A DNA stretch of 64,000 bases, from assembly GCA_000708835.1 (NCBI GenBank), contig DF237268.1, forward strand, positions 39,197-103,196, given 5' to 3'. The position numbers and the translations under genes were made by a program. This document shows positions 52,701 to 64,000 of this stretch, piece by piece. How positions within the stretch are numbered: the stretch's first letter is position 1; every line of letters begins with the position of its first letter. Below the pieces are notes generated by a model that was not told the origin of the DNA, did not search any database, and saw nothing but the letters and a program-made list of their open reading frames with translations. Source of the DNA: Klebsormidium nitens. Taxonomy: Eukaryota; Plantae; Klebsormidiophyceae.

Positions 52701-55700
52701 GGAGCGGCTGCTGCCGCGGCACATGCAGATCATCTACGAGATCAACCACCGCCACCTTCAGGTACACCATTGTATGCCCGGATGGAGAATTAGGTGCAAA
52801 GGGGCAGGGCAGAGCTGTGGACGTTCTTTTGTGGCTTGACGACTTCCTGGAGACGACGTCGCTCTCAACGAAGCTGCCCTTGAGGGGCTGAAGACCTGAA
52901 CGAAATTGTTTTTATAGAGGAGACAGGATTGCATGCGAGGAGAAGTTTGTTACCCGGAAGTCTATGAACTCCTTACCCCTTTTGGCAAAAAGTGATATAA
53001 CTTAAGGATGTGGCTGAGGACGGGTCTTCGTGTGGTTCCTTGAAGAAGATCTAGGTGCGGCACCAAAAGCCCTTGTCGAGATCCTACCCGGCTCCTCCTT
53101 AGCGCCCCGTCACCCTATTTTGGCTGACCTCGTCCTGTTTTAATTTGGCAGGAGGTGGAGGCGCGGTGGCCGCACGACACGGAGCGGCTGAGCGCGCTGA
53201 GCATCATCGAGGAGAGCTTCCCCAAGATGGTGCGCATGGCCGTGCTGGCCATCGTGGGCAGCCACAGCGTGAACGGCGTCGCGGAGATCCACACGGGCCT
53301 CGTGCGCACGCGCCTCTTCCCGCAGCTGGCCGACATGTGGCCGGAGCGCTTCAACAACAAGACGAACGGGGTCACCCCGCGCCGCTGGCTGCTGCTGGCC
53401 AACCCCAGCCTGGCGGCGCTGCTCACCAAGTGGCTCGGCGGGCAGGGCTGGGTGACCGACATCGAGCGGCTGCGCATCTTGAAAGCACACGCGGCCAACC
53501 CGGACCTGCAGCAGGAGTGGGCCGCGTCGAAGCGGGTCAACAAGCTGCGGCTCGCGGACTACATCCAGCGGCACTGCGGGGTGGAGGTGAGGGGCGCAGC
53601 CGGTGCGGGCATGCGGGGCAGCTTCTCTGACATTGGCGAAATGGCGCCTCCCCTCTTGCGACTCATACGGTGTCAAGACAGCTTTGTGTTGCAGTTGGAA
53701 GGAGCGAAGACGGCTTGGTTGAAGTTGTTTCTGCTTAATGTAGAATGATTGTACGGTCTAGGCCTAGGGCAGCTTATAGGGTGGCCCGTTGGCCAAACTT
53801 ATTTCTGGCGCCAGTAACTGACTCTGCTCCGCTGCTCGCTACTCGATCGGTTTCCCCTTACTGTTCCCGCTTGTTGTGATAAGTAGCTCGCCGCTGTGTG
53901 CCGCTTGGTGCAGGTATCTGCGGACGCCCTGTTCGACGTGCACGTGAAGCGCATCCACGAGTACAAGCGGCAGCTGCTCAACATCCTGAGCATCGTACAC
54001 CGTTACAACGTCATCAAGGCCGCGTCGCCCGAGGAGCGCGCGCACATGGTGCCGCACGTCAAGGTCTTTGCGGGGAAGGCCGCAGCGGGCTACTACCTGG
54101 CGAAGCGCGTGATCCACCTGATCAACAGCGTGGCCGCAGTTGTGAACGGCGACCCCGACGTGGGGCCGCTGCTCAAGGTGGTGTTCCTGGCCAACTACAA
54201 CGTCAGCCTCGCGGAGGTCATCATCCCCGCCAGCGACATCAGCCAGCACATCAGCACGGCAGGCATGGAGGCCTCAGGTGGGCCGCCAGTTGTTAAACAG
54301 CCTTGCTGGTCTGGATACATGCAGCGGAGGAGCAGTTGATGGTGTGGGCTTATCGTTCTAAAGCAACCGAGATTTGTGGCGTTGCAATCGTCGACGGTCG
54401 GTCGCCTTTGCTTGCTTCCGGGCATGTGCACACGCGGGAATGCACGAGCCCGAGCAGGATCGTAAAGATGACCCGACTGCCAAATGCTGTGCGCGTCAGC
54501 TTCAAGGGAGGGTGTCGATCCATCCATTGCCGGTGCTTGAGCAAGGAGTCATCAAAGAAGACAAGCCCACGCATGCATCATACTGATCGGGGGGCGCGCG
54601 AACACTGCCGATTGTGCTTGATTGTGCGGGCGTTGCTGTGTGTGAGCAGGGACCAGCAACATGAAGTTCGCCCTCAACGGCGGTCTCATTCTGGGCACCA
54701 TGGATGGTGCCAACATCGAGATTGCGGACGCCATCGGGCGGCACAACATGTTTGTCTTCGGGGCAGCAGCCGAAGACACGGACGGCCTCCGGCGGGAGAT
54801 GGCCTACCAGCCGCCACCCACCGACGAACGACTGCAGCAGGTGAGGGGATCCCCTTGCCCCACAGTCTCGACAAGGCCTTGGCGTTTTTCGACGCAGAAA
54901 GCGCTAGTGTGGAAAAGTAATGCTTGGCAGGGGAATGAACTTCTGCAGAGGACTGCATGTTCTTTGGCAGCAGGCGTCCACAGTGCGCCTCAGCTATCAT
55001 GGTTTTGTGCTCGAAGAGCAGTTTGGCACGCCCCGCTCGTTGTAGAGGAAGGGAGGCAGCCGGCTTCAGATGGACAGGTTTTGGTTCGAGCGATTTTCTA
55101 ACTGTTCCGTGCTGTGCCAGGTCTACTCGTGTATCGAGGCGGGCGCTTTTGGGCCTGCGTCGGACTTCCGCGCGATCCTGGACTCGCTGCAGCACGGCAA
55201 CGACTTTTACCTGCTCGCACACGACTTCCCCTCCTACCTGGAGGCACAGGTGCCGCCTCGCTGCCCGTGCTCCCCCCATCACGACCCTCAGGCGTTGGGC
55301 TTGACTCGTTGCTTCGCGCGCGCTGACTTCGCAGATGGGGCTTCTCGACGCTCCACCTGCTTTTGCAATGAGATGTACATGTCGCTGGGGGCCTCCAAGG
55401 CATCGGTTGTGACTGCTAATGCTCTGGGGGTTTCGTGCAGGCGGAGGTCGACCGGGTCTTCGTCAACAAAGCAGATTGGATTCACCGCAGCATTGTGAGT
55501 GCCCGTCTCTTGCTTTTTGCCTCCGAGAGTACTCCGCACAGCTATTACAATATGTGTCCTACAGCCTGTGCCCCGCATGTAGACGAGCCTGCATCGGCTT
55601 TCAGCCTTGACTGCTTCCTTGTAGCGCTGTCTGGATACGGTGGGCGCGTAATAAGTGCAGTTCTAGGTCGACCGTTCCAGAGGCTGTTGCGTCTCGGACC

Positions 55701-56492
55701 CTTGACTTCTGTAAGAGCCGCCTCTCGGCCGCTTGCATTTTTGTTCGCTCGTTGCCTGGCCCCCCTTGAGCACGTGGTGGCTTGCTGTTGCGCAGGTCAG
55801 CGCTTCCTGCATGGGCCGCTTCAGCAGGTACGTCCTGGACAGAACGGCAGCTGACGCGCTTTGAGGGCAATTGAGTCAAGAAGCATCTTAGACTTGAAAC
55901 GTGGCACTGTGTGCTGCTACTCGCATCAACCCTGTCTTTGAAATTGAAATTTGAACCCTGTCGGTCTGATGTCTGTTGTCTGTGCCTGTTTCGAGAGGGA
56001 TGTCTGCATCGTGGAAGGTCTGATCTCTGAACATACTCGTGATCACTTCTGCAAGCCCGCCTCCTCCGTGCCACGGCTGCAATGCGTTGTCAACCGCAAA
56101 TCATCTGGCCAAATCTGCGGCTTGTGCTATTGCCTCTTGTGCAATTCACAAGCTTGCCTTTGGCATGCCAAAAAGTCTCCAGCGGCTGGAATTTTGAGTG
56201 AAATGTTTTGCTTGTCTTGCCTGCAGCGATCGGACCATTTCCGAATATGCCGCCAACATTTGGCACTTGGAGGTGAGAGTCACCTTGTGGTCCGTCACAG
56301 CCTTCGACAGAACCGTTGTATGGCTTCTATTAGGGTGTTCTCATCAAGAGTCGGCCGTTGGGGATGGCGAGTCTTCCATTCTGCCTTTGCGCTTGGAGGT
56401 CACGCATGTTTCGGAAAGGCATGTTTGTTTCTCTGCGAAATCAGGCAAACTTCTTGTGTCCCTGTGTGCAGGCTGTGCCATGTCCCGAATGA
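49707..56492 (+). CDS. Alpha-1,4-glucan (glycogen/starch) phosphorylase, GT35, lacking the plastid L78 insertion; spliced
   Basis: [161 protein letters not shown] (PLP lysine), [14 protein letters not shown] and final exon AVPCPE* (TGA 56490-56492). Confidence 0.95.
49940..49981 (+). repeat. In-frame 21-bp tandem duplication in the phosphorylase N-terminal tail (TYPETKP / TYPEAKP)
   Basis: cacttacccagagaccaaacc followed by cacttacccagaggccaaacc (one mismatch). Confidence 0.9.
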
Positions 56493-57720
56493 TGGGTTGC
56501 ACGCCTCGAAGTCGAGTTTACTCATCACGTGAGCACCTTTGGGGTCTGGTGATCATCTAGATTGACCTCAAATTGAAAACGTTGCGGATTTGTACTCAGT
56601 CACAGCGCCGCATATGAATAGCTCGTACATGTACTTGAGCCACCACAAGTTGGCTTCACGGAAAGGAGATAAGCAAGCGTCATGTGTCCAAAGGTACAGC
56701 TACTTAGAAATGGTGTCACAAGCATAAACTGCGGAAGTTGGCAGAATAATCTCGGCTGTAAAGGAGATGCGGTGGGGGTAAGTATCCGCTGTTGGAAAAT
56801 GCGATTGTATAAGGGAAGAGTGTTCTCTTCAGTGCAAGTGGCAGCTGACCAATCGAGTCTGTCCCTTTGTCAACAAGGAATCATCATATTGCCTTGTACA
56901 ACCAGCCATAAGCTTCCTACATGCGTGGGCCGGACCCGGCTGCTCGCAGGCCTTCCCATACCAATGTCAATGGCTTGCCATCTGTGATTCGGGCTGGCAG
57001 AGTCCTGCAATGTCACATATTCGGTGTGCATATTTGTGCCACCTACAACAGTACTGGCGCGTGCATGAGGAGTCCCCATGACTGGCAAAGCTACAATAGG
57101 AATGTAGTGCCCATGACAATGCAGCCAAGATGCGGCTGGTGCTACCACGTGGCAAAAGTCGCATTTGTTTAATTTTGACGGGGATTGGCGGACTAGTCAG
57201 GCATTGAAGTTCGGGGAGCACTTCACAACAGCTATACCGGCCGCTCAACTCTCTCAAGAGACTGGCCAGGAACAGACTTTTGACCACGTACTGGGTTGCA
57301 GAAAGGGATGCCCACTCTACCAACTCCACAAGCAGGTAATTCATGCTGCCAGGCCGGAGACGATCGATCAGTGGTGTGCAAGATCTTGGCCTCAGGGCTG
57401 GTCCTACGACCTGAGAGAGCTAAGCTGCTACACGAGCAACCAAATCAATCTAGCTGATGATTCGTTCAATTGGTCAAGAAGACTTTGCTGAGAGTACACT
57501 GGTAGCGGATGAGGTCTGGAGTCTGAATCTTTATGCTTCCAAGACGTTTCTGAAGAAGGACAGCTTTATGCAGATACTGCCCACTGGCGGCTTTTTCTTT
57601 TTGACGGGGCTTCGTAACAGTGACCATCTTTGGCAGGCTTCTTAATGATATGCATCGCAGATTGCACCATGCTGGTTGGAGATTGAATAAGGAGAAGGCT
57701 TTGCATGGGGTGGCAGCAGC

Positions 57721-60700
57721 ATGGCCACTTGCACGTGTTTGGTGTTCCCCCTTCTAGAAGTGGTCGGTGCCGGAACATGCTTCCGCTGGTGCTGGACAAG
57801 GTACGTCATGAAAGGTGCACCAGAGCTACCTGTCTATATTCCGTGCAACCAAGTCGCAGCATTGCCTTGCCTTGTTGAAGTGCGTAGTTGGCATTGGCAC
57901 ATTTAGTTCCACTTAGAAAGATAGCGTTTCGAAGCGTAACATGTGTCTATCTCATCAGGTGTGCACGCCATGGGAGTAAAGATAGTCAGCAGTGGGTTGA
58001 GGCATCGATTGAGGACATTGAGGACATCAGACACTACTGCTGCCTGGTAAGTCTGTTCACTTCGCCTGGTCTTATGTTGGATGCACATTTGTCATTGTGA
58101 CACAACTCAAGGGCCGAGTGGTCCTTAATGAGGTGACCTTGATCACCACCTGAGATTGGCCAACGCGCCGCGACTTGCAGAGAGTCTCTTATCCAACTTG
58201 AGTCCCCAGAACTGCAAAAGAGTTGCACATGTTTATGGGGGCTTTCTTATAACTTGCAGGTGTCCGGCGCTTATGCAACCACATTAGACCGGCTGCAAAC
58301 TCGCACTGGGATTGAGTCACTTGAGAATGTTACTCTCCATGTGGACAAACAGTCACATGGACGCGTGCCCCCACATTACATGTTCACGGTGAGAAGAGGA
58401 TCAACACCTTCCTGTGGCTCTGGAAGATGACCCTGTGTGGGCAGTAAGAAGCATCTGGCCACGTTAGCGTATCACTTTCTCTTTCGATGTCTCTCTCAAA
58501 GCCCCAGAGATCTACACAGACAATTGGATTGCGTAGCCTCAATTGCAAAGTATGGCAAGTAGCCTCTCCTTTGATATCGTACTTGTGCCCCTGTGTGCAG
58601 GACCATGCCAGAAAGGACATAGTGCTCTGTATGAGGGGCCTCAACCTTCTGAACGTGCATGACTATGTCACTCTGGCGGATACACGGATTGGTTCAAAGG
58701 CATACGATGGGGGTTTCGTGCACCGTGGTCTGTTTTCGGCTGCGAAGTGGCTCATGGACCATGAAGGAGGTAAGCTTCATGATGCAGCCAGCATTCGACC
58801 ACTTATGGTAAGTCTTGCCTCCAGCATGCTGATCGTACTCCTACTTCCCTTACAGTCAGAGTTCAATCTGTACCTTCCAAAAGATGTTCCCTGATGATCT
58901 GTTGCAAATGCTCCAACTAGATACCTCCTCCTTGGCATTGCAGACCGAATCAGCGACCTACTGAAAGAGAACGGCGATGACTACACGTTCACGCTAGTGG
59001 GCCACTCCTTAGGGGCCGGCGTTGCCTCCCTGTTTGCCATCCTGATGGTGAACAACGCTGCAAAGTTTGGCAACATCGACAGGGCCAGGATCCGGTGCTT
59101 TGCTATTGCGCCTGCGCGGTGCATGTCCATCAACCTGGCGGTCCGCTACTCGGACGTCATCAGAAGCATCGTGTTGCAGGTGAGCAACTTGAGGAGCGGC
59201 CTCAAGGCAAACTCGAGCGAAAATCAACCAACATCCAAATCCTATAGGATCTGAGACTTGGGCAATGCGGAAGCCTTCCAACTCGTTTCTGAATCTGAAC
59301 TTTCTGTCTGCGCAACCCTTGGTTACTCTCGATGCTTTGCTTTCCCATTTTGTCAACATTGTTTCCGGTTTTCTGCAGGACGATTTCTTGCCCCGTTCGT
59401 CCACGCCCATCATGAAGATCTTCCTCCTGAGTTCCCTTGTCTTGTAAGTTGGTCACCGCCCTCTGCACCTCTTTGTTCCTTGTATCGGCCCTGCATCGAG
59501 CTTTGAAACGGAATTGAATCGTCCGAAGGAAGCGCGGGGCGATGCAGCTAAATTGTCACTTCTGACTTCTGGAAAGACCTTTGCTGTAGTAGTTCCTCAG
59601 GCGACACTCGCAAATTGCATTCTACCTTTTTTTAGTGAGTAACCCCCATGCCCTTGGTTACTATCATGCCCAATACCACGGAGGAGTGGCCTGGCCCGGC
59701 AGCCGGCTTGTGCTGGCGCATTGATGCACTCCCGGCTGTGTGCAGCACCGTGCTCGTGCTCCTGGGCCGCTTCTGGCGGGACACGTGCACCAGCGAGAGG
59801 AAGATGCTGGCGGACCCGAAGCGGCTGTACCCCCCCGGGAAGCTGTACCACATTGTCTACAAGGAACCCTGCAAGTAGGTTCCGAACGTCGAACTGCACT
59901 TGTCCTCGACCGACCGCATGAATTTTCTGTCGTTTCTTTCCTTTTCTGAGCCCCTGTTCGGAGATTTTCGAACGAGTTTGGGCCGGCTGTTTGCCATACC
60001 TCGCAAAGTGGCGACCTTGCTCAAGGGGTCCGTTAAGAACGGTGATGCTGATGGGCCTCCGCTTTCCGGTTTGTTCCTCCATCTGAACTGCTGCGTCAGT
60101 CTGCGAACTCCTCGGACAAGGTGAATAGTCGGAAGTGTGGTGTTGTGATCTTCCATTCCGAGGTTTCCTTGGACAACGGTTCTCACGCACACGTTCCGGT
60201 CGTCGTGTCAAAATTTGGTACCCGATTTGCGTGCGCAGTTGCAGCAGCCTGCCCCCGGTGGTGCGCATGGCGACGCCGGTGGAGGGCCGCTTCGAGCGGC
60301 TGGTGCTGTCGTGCACCACCACGTCGGACCACCACGTGCTGCACTACCAGGTGTACGCGGAGCAAGCGCTGCAGGTGAGGCCGCGCGCGAGGGATCCCTC
60401 CGCACAGCCGTGCGAAAACAGATCCCGTTTGCTCGAGTTGCTGGAAGTGTGGCCGACAGCACACGAAGACGTACTTGACCAATGTAATGTGCGTCGCGGA
60501 CAGGTTGCTGCGGGCCCTAGTGCAGGAGCCTGCTGCAGACCTGTGAAAACAGTGCTGTGGTGCTACCTGTCTGGTTGTTGATTGTTAGCCCGTTCGCGAC
60601 GTTATGTTCGAGCGAGTTCAAGTGGCAGGCAGTGAATCAAACTTCGGCTGTCATTCATGCAGAACTATACCGGGGAACCTATCCAAACGATGCCCCCGGC

Positions 60701-60953
60701 GGTGATAGAGATGAAGCGCGACTTCGACCAGCACAAGCGGGAGCAGTTAAAGCGATACGACGTTGAGAAGTTGAGAAGCCAAAGAAAGGAAAGGAAGGGA
60801 GCAGCGGCTGGCCAAGCTGTGGGCACCGCTGACGGGACGATGGACGACGAGATGGTCGAGAAAGGGTCGGGGAGCGGAGAAGAAGAGGGTGTCGGCAACT
60901 TCGTGACACGATTGCGGCGTTCTCTGACAATGTCGAGGTCGTTGCCTCAATAG
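57721..60953 (+). CDS. Class-3 (fungal-type/DAG-lipase-like) lipase of the plant calmodulin-binding heat-shock-protein-like family; spliced
   Basis: MATCTCLVFPLLEVV..CFRWCW, DHARKDIVLCMRGLNL, YDGGFVHRGL, LVGHSLGAGVA (GxSxG), RIRCFAIAPARCMSINLAVRYSDVI..LQDDFLPR (Asp), DPKRLYPPGKLYHIV and PVEGRFERLVLSCTTTSDH (His). Stop at 60951-60953. Confidence 0.92.
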
Positions 60954-62187
60954 CGTCCTAGCTGGCTGTTCGTCGAAATGGATCAGCTCGTTAGCCGTGC
61001 TCATAGGAGTCGCTCGCAGGACCGCACAACTGTACTTTATGTCATGCTCGCGTAGCTAGGTAGGTTAAGTTGATAATCGGAAATGCATTGTTGCACTGTG
61101 TCCTTGCCCGTGTCGAGCTTTTGCAGATCCGGGTACAACAAAGAACTTCCAGATATCTTTGGACTGAGATACAATACATGTACTTTGATAAGAATGAAGT
61201 CCTTAAGCACATTATTATCTCAGTCCGACTGGGCACATATGCAGCCGGCTGGGAACATTGATTCTACATACGTACCTAGGATCGAAATCTGTAGAGGTCG
61301 TTCTGGCTGAGTCGCGAGGGCGGCTTATGGTAGGTCGACGGCCATCATTAGTATTCAATCTTCGTCCCTATAGCTGCTGAAAGCTTTCAGAAACAGGCCG
61401 AGTTTGTATCGATCTGCAGCGGCGAGCTCGCATGCCTTTGCTGAGGTATCGGAATATAGTCGAATGCACTTTCATTTGCATGTTAGGTGCATGGAATTGA
61501 GTTTGCATCACAGTGGCGTTGCACATGCACTTCATCATGATAATGGCGCGAGCCAAAACCTTTGGCAATTATCTTCTACTATCTTCCGGAACGTTCACTC
61601 TTATGGACAGATTGGGAAGCGGTATAAAAGTAACACCCCAGCCCTATACAACTATAGAAAGATTCAGCCGCCATCCTTTCACAGACACTACGTTGAATAC
61701 ATACGGTTGATCTTGTACGACAGACCAAATTTAGCAAGGCCTGACGTACAGAGGTACGTTTGAAATCGGAGTCACTCGGGAGTATTTGACACAGCCTGCC
61801 CGGCGGCCCGACAAGTGTGATTGAAAACCAATGTTTTCCATGTCAACTGTGAGCCTGTCCGCTTTTTGCTCAGCTCATGCAACGCACTTCAAATCGTACC
61901 AGAAAATGTACGTCATTGCAGCATTCATGGTGATTCGAATTGACCACCCATGAGACAGCGGTGCCACTATCAATGTGGACTCATCGTCTGAACATTGGGC
62001 AAACCGACTCTTGTGTGCGTCCAGACAGAGCTTGTATGGGACATCAAAAAGGAATGGTTTTCTTTTTTACCAATTAAACAACGGCTGCTGGTGCCATGTG
62101 GTTTGAAAATTGCATAATCGTGCCATGGTACTGACGACCACAAAATTGTTTTGACATACCTGCAACGACTCAACTTGGACCCTTAGT

Positions 62188-62956
62188 TTAGGGCCCCGCA
62201 CAATGGAATGACAGGGTGACTTGAACGCACATGGGCTCGCCTGCGGGATCTGCTCCGATTGTGGCTTCACCAGACGCATACTTGAATTGGCCAGTCCCCC
62301 CAATGATTGCAAGTGATGGGCACTCCTTCATGTTGAAGTAGCCTGCATGCAAGGAAAGAAAGCGAGACTTGTATTCTTCTTGCTGGCCAAGTGGTGGGGC
62401 CTAGTACCGCGATGCAACACCATGAAACTTTATCTTAGGATGTTAAAGAACCTTGTTGATGAAAGATTGAATACTTCTGAGTCAGATCAGCCAAGTTACG
62501 TCAAGCAAGGCATCAACCATCACATGAATGGGGCGTTGATTACAACCTAAGCAGCAAATCCACTTATTACGGTGGCTTGCCTGAAGGGTCTCTTCGAACA
62601 GAGCTCCAGAGCCTCAACAGCTTGTGCAGAATTGACTAACGTAAATAAAGCTGCCTCCTTTAAAGCAGGATTCCCAACCAAGGGCTGGCCTGACGTAGCT
62701 GGGCTACTCACCCGAGAGGGTCAGGGAGCTATTCGCAAACTCCCCCTTGTTGAAAACAACGCTCTCTGTGCACGTCAAGTACGGTTCATCAATGCCTGGG
62801 GACACCTCAGCCGATACAATGCACTGGCCATTGATGAAGCCCACAAGCTCCCCCTTATGCCGGATGTCGTTGTTGAATGCGTAGATCTCGCCCAGCTTAG
62901 TGCGGTGCGCAGGAGACTGACGAGGGCCGCCCTTGGGCGACAGAACCTCGGTGATC
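62188..62956 (-). CDS. Dirigent / allene-oxide-cyclase-barrel-like protein (two 3' exons defined; 5' exons unresolved)
   Basis: Exon 62956-62712 (acceptor after ctgac..ctctttgatctgcag; donor g|gtgagt) joins in phase 1 to exon 62342-62188. The product is ITEVLSP..KLGEIYAFNNDIRHKGELVGFINGQCIVS..YLTCTESVVFNKGEFANSSLTLSG|YFNMKECPSLAIIGGTGQFKYASGEATIG..VQVTLSFHCAGP*. AIxGGTGxFxxAxG is the hallmark of dirigent/AOC-like beta-barrels. Confidence 0.75.
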
Positions 62957-64000
62957 CTGCAGATCAAAGAGGGCAATGATGAGTCAGCGGAAACTTATTG
63001 GGAGCTTATCTGGCTCTCTCTGCTGACTGAGTGCTTCACCCGCAGAGACTCATGACGTTGACTTGGCAAGTAGGTTGTACACCTAGTAATCGAGGCCTCA
63101 TTCAAACAGTGGCATGGTTATTTCTCTCCTACAAGGAGAAGACCTGACAGATTGATCAAGGTTCTGTTGAGCCTTTAGTGGTGCAGCGCTAGCAATCTGA
63201 AGAACGGGGTGGACTTTCAAAAGCTCAATGAAAGCTCTGCCCGGATGTACAAGATTCCTGTTACCTTGACGTCTGCCTTGGGGTCAGCCTTCGATCTCAT
63301 TTGTGACAAACGTGTCCCAACATTTGTTTTCAATATTGCAAAAAGGTAGGAGTCCTTGCAAAGTCCGCTGCAATCAGCAGATCTGGTGGTTCAGACAAGG
63401 TGGCTTACACAATTGTCTGCTCCTTCCCCATGGTTGGCGGCCACCTGGATGCAATCCTGATACTGGCTTCGCAATGCTATGGACACTGCTGCGGGTTGAA
63501 ATCGATACCACCCAGGTCGGCCAGGACTCTCTGAGAGGAAAGCTAGGGATGACAAAGACTCTGAGAGTTTGCCGTCTCTCCACCTTTCTCAGGCCCTATG
63601 TTGCACAAACGGCGCAGTCTCTGAAAGGTACTGTGATTGGTTGAGCCTGAGAATCAGATACAGTACTCAAGTTGTTCGAGGTGACTTGTTCTGATACGAT
63701 ATACCGTCATCATACCCAGTTGGCATCCTATTCCACACTGCTCCAGGGCAGATGGCCGGACAGACATTGGATGCCAAACCAAGTTGCAGGCAATCAGAGA
63801 TCGGATGTGCAGTGCTCAAATAGGTACTAGCCCATGTAGCTGTAGATGTTCGAAATCATTCATGATTGACATTGATTGTACAGATACTCTTACTATTAGG
63901 TACCGGTATACCAGTATAGGTAGTGAGCTACGTCACAGCAGCCGGGCCGACGCCGGCGCCATAGCGAAAAGGATGAACAATCTGAGGACACCACGCTCAT

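Noticed and set aside
53941-53943. Gln-to-His change in the phosphorylase motif FDV(Q/H)[10 protein letters not shown] suggesting loss of activity
   Set aside because: The phosphate-binding K/R/E/Y/K residues and the PLP lysine are all intact, and this position is not known to me as catalytic.
56700-57600. Possible extra small gene between the phosphorylase and the lipase (ORFs 56921-57172, 57165-57491)
   Set aside because: No consistent exon chain or recognisable domain; it may be UTR or promoter sequence.

Overview
Eukaryotic nuclear DNA: gene-dense and intron-rich, with GT-AG introns and very GC-rich internal exons. The source is most likely a streptophyte (charophyte) green alga, possibly Klebsormidium-like. 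This is an inference from land-plant-type genes (CRR1, HGL1-type GH31, plant-type glucosylceramide synthase, plant class-3 lipase) in an algal-style exon/intron layout. I rebuilt 12 spliced genes by reading exons across splice sites, so outer coordinates span introns. In order: a 5'-truncated YihQ-like GH31 (putative sulfoquinovosidase, +), CRR1/DapB-like (-), OSCA/CSC1 channel (-), plastid GPAT/ATS1 (+), 2OG-Fe(II) oxygenase (-), HGL1-type GH31 (+), V-ATPase subunit A (-), RNA polymerase subunit RPB3 (+), glucosylceramide synthase (-), a non-PHS1 alpha-glucan phosphorylase (+), a class-3 lipase (+), and a dirigent/allene-oxide-cyclase-barrel-like gene (-) that is invisible as a whole in the ORF track. 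I found no rRNA, tRNA, CRISPR array or intact transposon. The best leads are the algal sulfoquinovosidase-like enzyme with a large insertion, the dirigent/AOC-like gene, and the phosphorylase with a putative regulatory N-terminal tail. A recurring purine-pyrimidine-alternating, palindrome-rich block also appears in the spacers between convergent genes. I did not find a clearly new multi-gene system, and all homology calls come from motif recognition, not database searches.
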